From Elusimicrobiales bacterium (GTDB lineage: Bacteria > Elusimicrobiota > Elusimicrobia > Elusimicrobiales > UBA9959), in contig JBAYJD010000008.1 in assembly GCA_041665305.1 (NCBI GenBank), positions 9,209 to 73,208 of the forward strand: DNA of 64,000 nucleotides, given 5' to 3'. Below are positions 38,227-45,889 of this stretch, one piece after another. A model generated the notes under the pieces. That model was not told where the DNA came from. It searched no databases and saw only the letters and a program-made list of their open reading frames with translations. Positions within the stretch are counted from its first letter, which is position 1. Every line of letters starts with the position of its first letter. The translations under genes and the position numbers were made by a program.

Positions 38227-40494
38227 TCAAAGGTCAAGCTGTTTAAGCCGTACGGGCAGTTTTACGCTGATAACGGTTCCTTTGCCGGGTTCGCTCTCTG
38301 CGGTTATCTCGCCGCCGTGAAGGCGGACTATCTGCCGGCAGACATAAAGACCCAGTCCGGTGCCTTTCGCCTTGGTCGTGAAGAACGGTTCGAAGATCTT
38401 GTCTAGATTCTCCGTTTCTATCCCCGGTCCGGTGTCTTCGATACGGACATTGAGCTCCCCGGCGCTTTCAGCGCCGCGGATCCGTATTTTCCCTCCGGGT
38501 CCGGAGGCAAGGGCGTCGCAGGCGTTATCCAGAATATTGGAAAAAACCTCTTTTATCTGCAGCGGATCGGCGTCGATCCTCGTGTGTTTAAGCGGATCGA
38601 TATCCTTGGTTAGCGGGATCCGTCTTTTAGATTTGTTTTTGGCCAGTTCGATCGATTCTTCGAGGATGCCTGAAATATCCGTTTTTTCATATTGCGGAGG
38701 TTTCAGGCGCGAATAGAACAGCAGATTGCTTATGATCTGGTTGCTTTCGGCCACTTTGTTACTGATGTTGTTAAGATGGGTCTCCAGCAGCGGATTGCCG
38801 GCTTTTCTTCTGATGTTGGCGGCCGCCATGCTTATGGCCGCCAGGGGATTTCGCAGTTCATGCGCGACGGTGGCCGATAAGACGCCGATATCCGAAAGGC
38901 GTTTGCCTCTTTCCAGTTCTATTTGCGTTTTGATCAGTTCCCGCGTCCGTTCTTTGACAAGGCGCTCGGTGGCTTCTTTATCGCGCTTCAGGATCTCCTC
39001 GGCCTTTTTGCGTTCGGCGCGCAGGCGCAGCGCCTGTATCCCGTAGGCCAGGTCGTCGGCCAGTTCCGAGAGCATCTGGATCTCATTCGTATGGAAGGAA
39101 TTCGGTTTTTTAGAGTAGATCGTTATGGCGCCCAGGGTTTCTCCCGCCGTGATCAGCGGGAAAACTATCGAAGACGCGTAGCCGCGTTTTAACGCCTCCT
39201 TGCGCCAGGGCCTGAAATCGGGATCCGTCAGCATGTTCGCGCACATGCAGGGCTTTCCGGTGCGGATGGCCGTGCCTGTCGGCCCCCGGCCTCGTTCGGT
39301 ATCCGCCCAGGTGATATTCAGGGTCTTCAGGTAGCCGTCCTCGAACCCCGCCTGCGCCGCCGGACGCACTGTTTTCGCCTCGTCGTGTAAGGCGAATCCG
39401 ATCCAGACCATGAAATAACCGCAATCCCTGACTATAATACCGCAGACCTCTTCCAGATATTCCTGCTCGGAGTCCGCGTGCAGCATCGCCTTGCTGGAAT
39501 CGCTGTGCGCCGTGAGCGTTTTGTTCAGCTTTATAAGCTCTTTTTCGTTTTTGCGCGAAACGGCCTCGGTGCGCTTTCGCGCCGTGATATTGCTGAAGGA
39601 GAGCAGGACGCATCTCTTCCCGTTGACGACGAGAGGGTCCGCGCCGACATCCAGCCAGATAGCGGTGCGCCGTCCGTTAAGCAGCAGAACGGCTTGAGCT
39701 TCCACGCCGTGGACCGGTTTCCCGGAGCGCAAGACCGTTTCAAATGTTTTGCGGATGGGGCAGGAAGAGCACTGCGGCGTGTGTCCGCAACCCGCAGGGT
39801 CGTTTAAGGCGTAGACGCATCCGACCAGATCTCCGGGCTGAAGGCTGCCGCTGAGCGCGGCGTCCCTGCCGATCCAGTTCGCCGCCGCGTTATTTATCCG
39901 TTTTACGGCGCCGCGCTCATCGAGCAGGAACATGCCGACATTTACCGCGTCGAAGATCTTTTTAAGATTGGCCCTCTCTTCGTTTAATAGTTTTTCCATG
40001 CGTTTTCTTCCGGTGATATCCCTGAAGTTCACGGCAAAATAGCCCTTGCGGGGGCTGAAAGCGGAAACGGAGTGCCATTTTTTAAGCCGTTCCGAATAAC
40101 TTTCGAATTGCGCGGGCTTCCCCGTCAGAGCGACCTTTCCGTATTTGTCCAGCCAGTCCGCGGGGTTCCGCTTTATGCCCGGAAGGACCTGCGTAATTTT
40201 TTTGCCGGCGATATTTGTCCGTTTGAGGCCGGTAAGTCTTTCGAACGCCCGGTTGACCTCAAGGAAGATAGAGTCGCACGGCTTTCCAGCGTCGTCCAGC
40301 ACCAGTTTGTGGTAGGCGAAGCCTTCCGACATGTTGTTGAACAGGGTCCGGAATATTCCCTCGCTTTTTACCGCGGCATCCTTGGCCGTCGGCGTTGCGG
40401 AACTCAGGATGCCGGCTGCCGCCGGGGCGCCGGTTTTTAAGCTTTTGCGACGAACAGTTCGTATATTCTTCATAGAAGCCTTATAACGCGGCAT
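38227..40494 (-). CDS. PAS/GAF multi-sensor histidine kinase
   Basis: Several PAS-like modules and a GAF-like region. H-box SATVAHELRNPLAAI. ATPase boxes NILDNACDAL, DTGPGI, GTGLGLYVC. Confidence 0.85.
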   Translation of the reverse strand: MPRYKASMKNIRTVRRKSLKTGAPAAAGILSSATPTAKDAAVKSEGIFRTLFNNMSEGFAYHKLVLDDAGKPCDSIFLEVNRAFERLTGLKRTNIAGKKITQVLPGIKRNPADWLDKYGKVALTGKPAQFESYSERLKKWHSVSAFSPRKGYFAVNFRDITGRKRMEKLLNEERANLKKIFDAVNVGMFLLDERGAVKRINNAAANWIGRDAALSGSLQPGDLVGCVYALNDPAGCGHTPQCSSCPIRKTFETVLRSGKPVHGVEAQAVLLLNGRRTAIWLDVGADPLVVNGKRCVLLSFSNITARKRTEAVSRKNEKELIKLNKTLTAHSDSSKAMLHADSEQEYLEEVCGIIVRDCGYFMVWIGFALHDEAKTVRPAAQAGFEDGYLKTLNITWADTERGRGPTGTAIRTGKPCMCANMLTDPDFRPWRKEALKRGYASSIVFPLITAGETLGAITIYSKKPNSFHTNEIQMLSELADDLAYGIQALRLRAERKKAEEILKRDKEATERLVKERTRELIKTQIELERGKRLSDIGVLSATVAHELRNPLAAISMAAANIRRKAGNPLLETHLNNISNKVAESNQIISNLLFYSRLKPPQYEKTDISGILEESIELAKNKSKRRIPLTKDIDPLKHTRIDADPLQIKEVFSNILDNACDALASGPGGKIRIRGAESAGELNVRIEDTGPGIETENLDKIFEPFFTTKAKGTGLGLYVCRQIVRLHGGEITAESEPGKGTVISVKLPVRLKQLDL

Positions 40495-40647
40495 ATGCCG
40501 TCCCCCCGGCCCCGCCCGCGGTCCCTTTAGAATTCTATAAAATTAAAACAGGGAGAGCGACGAATGGCGCCGCCCCTATTTTTCAGAAGTGCTATAATCA
40601 AGTCCTTGCCTGGTTTCTTTGCGCGAGGCGGAAGGTCGCGGGAAAAT

Positions 40648-43191
40648 ATGCCGGTAGAAAAAACGGGTTATGACAAGCTTATCCTTGACGCGCTTAGCGA
40701 AGGCGTCTACGGCATGGATATGAACGGGAATGTCGTGTTCGTCAACAAAGCCGCGGAGCGGATCCTTGGTTACGACGCGGCCGGGCTTATAGGAAAGCAT
40801 TCCCATGAATGTTTTCATTACGCTAGGCCGGACGGTTCGAAATACGATCCCAAAGACTGCAATATCTACGCCACTTCCCATGACGGGAAAGTGCGCCGTA
40901 TAGACACGGAGGCGTTCTGGAAGAAGGACGGGACAGCCGTGCCGGTGGAATATGTCGCCACGCCCGTGACCGAAAACGGGACTATAACGGGCGTCGTAGT
41001 GTCGTTTAACGACCTGACCGCCAGGCTGCTTGCGGAAGAAAAGACCAGGGAATATCTCCAGACGAGCGCGATCACCAATCACATCCTGAAACTTTCGCTG
41101 GAGAATAAACCGCTGTCGGAGATCCTGCAGAACACGCTCGATGAAATACTCTCGGTCAAATGGCTGTCAATAGAGACCAAAGGGGCGATCTTTCTCGCCG
41201 ACGAAAAGACGCGCTGTCTAAAGATGGCGGCCAAGGCCGGCCTGGGCGAGTTTATTTTAAAGACCTGCGCCGAAGTGCCCGCTGGCCGCTGCCTTTGCGG
41301 CAAGGCTTTGTTAAGCGGCAAGCCCGTGTTTAAGGCCCATCTTGACGGCGAGCATGAAAACTCTTATCCTGGGATCCCCGATCACGGGCACTATATAATC
41401 CCGATCACGGCCGGCGGCAGGGTGTACGGCGTTCTTAACGTTTATACCGGGCACGGCCATGCCCGCTCCGCTTACGATATTAATTTCCTCTCCGGCATAG
41501 CCGACATCCTGGCCGGCGTGATCTACAGGAGAAAACTGAACGAGAGGCTCGCGCTGTTGAGGGACCTGCGGCTCAAGGCCCTTGAAGCGCGGGATATAAG
41601 CGCGGCGCTTAAACTGCTGACTGACAACATTTGTGAAATAACCGGCTGGGCGGCAGGCGAGGTGTGGCTGCCTGGCCTGGATAAGCTCCATCTGTCCCGG
41701 TCCTATTATTACGGTAAAAACGAGCGCAGGCTGGAAACCTTCGCCAGCCGGTCGAAAAATTTTACTTTTAAAAAGGGGGAAGGCCTTCCCGGCGCCGTCT
41801 GGCAGAAGCTTGAGCCGGTCTGGTTCAGGGAGATGCCCAAAAGCGGGAATTTGCCCAGGAAAAAGATGGCGATGACGGCCGGGCTCAGGTCCGGCGTCGG
41901 AATCCCCATAATCGCGAACGGGGAGTTCATCGCCGCTATAACCTTTTTATCCACCGAAGTGAAGATCGGGGACGAGGAGCTGGTGAATTTTCTCGGCGAG
42001 GCGGCGGGCCAGTTGGGCATGATCTTCCACCAGAACCTGCTGGCGGAACAGCTGGTGCAGACGCAGAAAATGGACACGGTGGGGAAACTTGCCGGCGGCA
42101 TCGCGCACGATTTTAATAATATCCTCGGCGCGATCCTCGGCTACACAGGATTTCTGATCAGGGACCTTAAGAACATGCCCAGCCAGCTTTCCGACGCGCT
42201 GGAAGTAAAAAAAGCCGCGGAAAGGGCCGCCGCGCTGACGAAACAGCTGCTTGCCTTCAGCCGCAAGAAGCCGGCCGTTCAGCGGATCATAGATCTGAAC
42301 GGCACGATCAAGGGCCTGGCCTTGATGCTGGGAAAGATCATAGGGGAGAACATTAAACTTGAGATCGTTCCGGAAGCAGGCGTGCCGCTTGTAAAGATCG
42401 ATCCGACCCACCTTGAGCAGATCGTGATCAACCTTGTGGTGAACGCCAGGGATGCCATTGCGGGCAGCGGAGTTATAACGATAAAAACCGGCCAAAAGCG
42501 GTTCGCGGAGGGTGCGGCTCCGGCCGGCCTGAAAGCGGGAACATACGCCATGCTCACCGTCTCCGACACCGGCTCCGGCATGAGCGAAGAAATTAAAAAA
42601 AAGATATTCGAACCGTTCTTCACCACCAAGCCGCCTGGAAAAGGGACCGGAATGGGGCTTGCGATCGTCTATGGGGTTATAAAGCAGAATAATGCGCAGA
42701 TAACCGTCGACAGCGTGCCGGACGAGGGCTCCACCTTCACGGTATATATCCCGGCGTCCTCCTGCGACGGCCAGGCGGACGCAGAGGCCGGACACCGGGC
42801 GGAAGACGCCCGCCTGCGCGGTTCCGAAACCATACTTATAGCGGAGGATGACGAAGCGTTCAGGCCCGTGCTTGTGCGGGTCCTGAAAGAGCACGGTTAC
42901 AATGCTCTTGCCGCCGCCGGCGCCGCCGGGGCGCTGGAGCTTGCGGAACAACACGCCGGAGAGATCCATCTGCTGCTGACGGACATACGGATGCCGGGCA
43001 AAAGCGGAGCCGAGTTAGCCGGCGAGATGCTGAAATTGCGCCCCGGCATCAAGCTTCTTTATATGACCGGCCACATCGACATTGATGTCGAGATCCAGGA
43101 AAAGCATCACATAACAGACGATGCGCTGTTTTACAAACCGATAGAATACCCGCGCCTGCTTGCCAGGATCCGTGAAGTGCTAAATAAATAG
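40648..43191 (+). CDS. hybrid PAS/GAF histidine kinase with C-terminal receiver domain
   Basis: H-box [39 protein letters not shown]. Receiver ILIAEDDE...[10 protein letters not shown]. Start uncertain (40564 or 40648). Confidence 0.85.
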   Translation: MPVEKTGYDKLILDALSEGVYGMDMNGNVVFVNKAAERILGYDAAGLIGKHSHECFHYARPDGSKYDPKDCNIYATSHDGKVRRIDTEAFWKKDGTAVPVEYVATPVTENGTITGVVVSFNDLTARLLAEEKTREYLQTSAITNHILKLSLENKPLSEILQNTLDEILSVKWLSIETKGAIFLADEKTRCLKMAAKAGLGEFILKTCAEVPAGRCLCGKALLSGKPVFKAHLDGEHENSYPGIPDHGHYIIPITAGGRVYGVLNVYTGHGHARSAYDINFLSGIADILAGVIYRRKLNERLALLRDLRLKALEARDISAALKLLTDNICEITGWAAGEVWLPGLDKLHLSRSYYYGKNERRLETFASRSKNFTFKKGEGLPGAVWQKLEPVWFREMPKSGNLPRKKMAMTAGLRSGVGIPIIANGEFIAAITFLSTEVKIGDEELVNFLGEAAGQLGMIFHQNLLAEQLVQTQKMDTVGKLAGGIAHDFNNILGAILGYTGFLIRDLKNMPSQLSDALEVKKAAERAAALTKQLLAFSRKKPAVQRIIDLNGTIKGLALMLGKIIGENIKLEIVPEAGVPLVKIDPTHLEQIVINLVVNARDAIAGSGVITIKTGQKRFAEGAAPAGLKAGTYAMLTVSDTGSGMSEEIKKKIFEPFFTTKPPGKGTGMGLAIVYGVIKQNNAQITVDSVPDEGSTFTVYIPASSCDGQADAEAGHRAEDARLRGSETILIAEDDEAFRPVLVRVLKEHGYNALAAAGAAGALELAEQHAGEIHLLLTDIRMPGKSGAELAGEMLKLRPGIKLLYMTGHIDIDVEIQEKHHITDDALFYKPIEYPRLLARIREVLNK

Positions 43192-43226
43192 GGACAGCGA
43201 CCGGTTATTAAATGGTCGCTGTCCCT
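43190..43226. terminator. bidirectional hairpin between convergent genes
   Basis: Perfect 13-bp stem agggacagcgacc / ggtcgctgtccct with an 11-nt loop. A/T-rich flanks on both sides. Confidence 0.7.
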
Positions 43227-43231
43227 ATTTA

Positions 43232-43978
43232 TCAATATTCGCGGAGTTCGATCTCTTCGGGGTCCGCGTCGGCGGCGGTTCGTTTCTTGTAGTCCCTGCA
43301 ATACTCCGCGCTTGTAGAACCCGCGGGATTATCCTTTAAGAATGTGTCGATCTCCTCGACAGCGATGAACCCGCCTTCTACCCTTTTGTATTTTTGGTCT
43401 TTTTCCGGAGCCCGTTGGGGGTCGATGTCGAAGGAGGCCATTCCGGTCCTGGCCGCGGCCGCCAGATGACTTTGCCTTTTTTTGTCCGGGTTCATCAGGT
43501 CTTCGCCCTGGTAAACGGCGCGGCAGCCGGCCGCGGCCGCCGCTTCCATCGCTTTGCAGAACATGTATCGGTTCGGCTTGCGCCTGAAATTCCAGCCGGG
43601 GATCAAAACCCCGCCGGAATTTTCAAAAACAGACCAATCAAATACCGCGCCGTCATGGAGGTGGCTTCTTTTGAAATCCAGCTCCACCTCGGCCTTTAAG
43701 TCTGCCATGGACATGGTTTCTGGAATATTGATGATCATTCCGACCGGAAACCCTTTGTCCCGGAGGGCCTTCAGATAATTCAAGACGCCGGGGCGATAAA
43801 ATTCCTCCAGAAAATTACCGTATTGGTCGCGGTGGGAGGTGTCGGTGATAGTATTGCCCATATCAAAAAATATCCATGGCCGGAGACATGCGCCCTCAGC
43901 CCCGGCCCGCGTTCCGGAAACGGCCGCGCAAGCGCAGAATAAAAGCAATACCCTGGTCGTTTTGAAATTCTTCTTCAC
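43232..43978 (-). CDS. secreted hypothetical protein (possible degenerate HAD-like fold)
   Basis: Signal peptide LLLFCACAAVSGTRAGA. FFDMGNT resembles HAD motif I but lacks the second Asp. Function not supported. Confidence 0.4.
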   Translation of the reverse strand: MKKNFKTTRVLLLFCACAAVSGTRAGAEGACLRPWIFFDMGNTITDTSHRDQYGNFLEEFYRPGVLNYLKALRDKGFPVGMIINIPETMSMADLKAEVELDFKRSHLHDGAVFDWSVFENSGGVLIPGWNFRRKPNRYMFCKAMEAAAAAGCRAVYQGEDLMNPDKKRQSHLAAAARTGMASFDIDPQRAPEKDQKYKRVEGGFIAVEEIDTFLKDNPAGSTSAEYCRDYKKRTAADADPEEIELREY

Positions 43979-44281
43979 GTCATTTCCTCCATCGAACCGC
44001 AGTCAGTCGTTTTACCGCGCAAATATTATATACCCACCAGAGTCCTGCGGCCAGGACTTTAGGCCTATTCTATGCAAGGAATTAGACCTAACAAAACGAT
44101 CCTGCGGCTGAAGAAGAAACTGAAAGCGGAGCGCTGCTTTTATCCCTTTATCGAGCCGCTTCCGGTCTTCACCGAGGTTTCGCCGGCGTTTGGTATCCTT
44201 GAAACGAAGATGTCGCCGTCCAAAATCTATCAGGCATTGCGGTAGCGCTTAAGACTTACTAGAATTCATAGCCTCCTAACT

Positions 44282-44300
44282 CTGCCATAAAAATTGCTCC
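44282..44300 (+). promoter_or_regulatory. variant -24/-12 element, copy 1 (upstream of the sigma-54-like gene)
   Basis: CTGCCATAAAAATTGCTCC, i.e. TGCCAT-N5-TTGCT with the same spacing as TGGCAC-N5-TTGCW. Lies 39 nt before the ATG at 44339. Confidence 0.6.
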
Positions 44301-44338
44301 ATTTTCGCATAACGGCTATAATATGCGAGGGTGAGGCT

Positions 44339-45397
44339 ATGAGCAAATTCCATAAATTCGGTTTCAACCATTCCGCAAGAACTAAAGCGGCGGCTATGGG
44401 CGCTATGAAGCTGGCGCAGATGTCCGAAATGTCGGAAGGCGAATTTGAAAGCTTTCTGAAGAAGATCGAAGATAACCGTTTTTTTAAATTGCTTAAAGCA
44501 TCCGGCGCCGTCAGCCTGGCGGAATTCCCGAATGCGCGTTATGCCGCAAAAAAATACGCCGGCTACGGGCTTAAACTGTCCTCCGGAGGTCTGCCGGAAC
44601 TAGCCGACGGCAAAGGCGATCTGGTCGGCCTGATACAGGGTATAGGCCAGGAAAAATTTGAAACCTGCTTCCTGAAAGACGCGGCCATGAGTGACGTAGA
44701 GCGGGCAGAGGAATGCGACATAACCGTCAAAGACGCCGCCCGCCTGCGTGATTTCGTCAACCGCGCGTTTATACAGGCTGAATTTGAAAGCGCGCCCGAA
44801 GCTCCTGTGTCGGAAGTGTTCAGTGTCGTGGCCGGCATAGAGCTTGAAAACGGCAAGCCTCTCCTGGCGTTCTTTCACCGGGAAATCTGGAAAGGCTGTT
44901 ATAAAGTGGACGGGGAAAAACTTTCAGAAGCGTTGAAAGGCCTCCCCGCCTCTGAACAAACCGCCGTGGAAAAGCTTGTAAGGCGTATGGAACTGGCGGA
45001 CAAGCGAAAATCCACGCTTTACCGCGCGCTGGAAATAGTTATGGAGCGGCAAACCGAGTACCTGATAACCGGAGAGCCTGTGCGCAGGGCGCCGTTGCCG
45101 CAGAAAGTTCTGGCAGCGGAACTTGAAGTCCATCCCAGCGTTCTTAACCGGCTTATCTCAAATAAATCCATACAGATGCCTTGGGGCACCGAAGCGCCTA
45201 TGTCGGTGCTGCTGCCCAGCTCTAAAGCCATAAATTTAGAGCGGCTATACGCCATAGCCGTTGAAAATCCTGGTATGAACGACACTGAGTTGCGCGCCGA
45301 GCTTAAAATCCGCCACGGCGTAGAATTATCCCGCCAGTCCATAGTGCAATACCGCAAAGATTTATCATTGTCCAGGAATACTTCCAGCACGCTGTAA
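44339..45397 (+). CDS. short divergent sigma-54 (RpoN)-like factor
   Basis: The C-terminal half aligns by eye with RpoN. Pre-HTH region KRKSTLYRALEIVMERQTEYL. HTH LPQKVLAAELEVHPSVLNRLISNKSIQMPWG (compare MHESTISRVT..KY..TP.G). RpoN-box-like SRQSIVQYRKDL (compare ARRTVAKYR). N-terminus MKLAQMSEMSEGEFESFLKKIEDN resembles region I. About 352 aa against the usual ~450-500. Confidence 0.65.
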   Translation: MSKFHKFGFNHSARTKAAAMGAMKLAQMSEMSEGEFESFLKKIEDNRFFKLLKASGAVSLAEFPNARYAAKKYAGYGLKLSSGGLPELADGKGDLVGLIQGIGQEKFETCFLKDAAMSDVERAEECDITVKDAARLRDFVNRAFIQAEFESAPEAPVSEVFSVVAGIELENGKPLLAFFHREIWKGCYKVDGEKLSEALKGLPASEQTAVEKLVRRMELADKRKSTLYRALEIVMERQTEYLITGEPVRRAPLPQKVLAAELEVHPSVLNRLISNKSIQMPWGTEAPMSVLLPSSKAINLERLYAIAVENPGMNDTELRAELKIRHGVELSRQSIVQYRKDLSLSRNTSSTL

Positions 45398-45412
45398 AAC
45401 CCACTGTTGGGT

Positions 45413-45445
45413 TTCAAAATGAAAGCATTTATCTCAAAATGAGAT
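45413..45445. promoter_or_regulatory. enhancer-like repeat pair upstream of the lanthipeptide operon
   Basis: TCAAAATGA at 45414 and 45434 (20-bp phasing), ~100 bp upstream of the -24/-12 element at 45532. Confidence 0.5.
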
Positions 45446-45531
45446 GATGTTTGCTTCTTTTCTACTCCCCTGCCTCCGCAGATTTCCTGATTTCCCCAAT
45501 AGAAACGCATAAAATCGTCCAGTACATCCAT

Positions 45532-45550
45532 CTGCCATGAAAATTGCTCC
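45532..45550 (+). promoter_or_regulatory. variant -24/-12 element, copy 2
   Basis: CTGCCATGAAAATTGCTCC. Lies 46 nt before the lanA1 ATG. Confidence 0.6.
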
Positions 45551-45595
45551 ATAGAAGGTGTAGGCGGTCAAAACAAGCTAAGGAGAACGAACCAA

Positions 45596-45688
45596 ATGAC
45601 TAAAGTACTTGAACTGCAGAAACTGGAAACCGGATCAGAGGGCGAGACCCGCTTGGGCAGTTGGATCAGCAACAGCTGCGGGCAATAG
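45596..45688 (+). CDS. class III lanthipeptide precursor (30 aa), absent from the ORF track
   Basis: MTKVLELQKLETGSEGETRLGSWISNSCGQ. RBS aaggag. Leader VLELQ motif. Core S-x-x-S-x-x-C. Confidence 0.8.
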   Translation: MTKVLELQKLETGSEGETRLGSWISNSCGQ

Positions 45689-45724
45689 TGAGTGTGCCGA
45701 TATTAAACAATAGGAGAAAATAAA

Positions 45725-45826
45725 ATGAACACGATACTTGAGTTGCAGAAACTGGAAGTAAAGTCGGAAAACGAGACTCGCGGGGGAAGCTGGATCAGCA
45801 ACTGCTGCGGCGGGCAGAACGAATGA
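45725..45826 (+). CDS. class III lanthipeptide precursor (33 aa), absent from the ORF track
   Basis: MNTILELQKLEVKSENETRGGSWISNCCGGQNE. RBS aggag. Leader ILELQ motif. Core SWISNCC. Confidence 0.8.
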   Translation: MNTILELQKLEVKSENETRGGSWISNCCGGQNE

Positions 45827-45838
45827 GCGGTAGGATAA

Positions 45839-45872
45839 CTCCGGAGGTGGGGAGATTCGGCCACCTCCGGAG
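45839..45872 (+). terminator. strong hairpin between precursor genes and lanKC (attenuator or mRNA stabiliser)
   Basis: Perfect 12-bp stem ctccggaggtgg / ccacctccggag with a 10-nt loop. No clear U-tract. Confidence 0.5.
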
Positions 45873-45889
45873 CGGATTGTTAAGTTCGG

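Noticed and set aside
43232-43978. HAD phosphatase assignment for the secreted 248-aa protein
   Set aside because: Motif I reads DMGNT (the second Asp is missing) and the remaining motifs are ambiguous by eye. I kept it as hypothetical.
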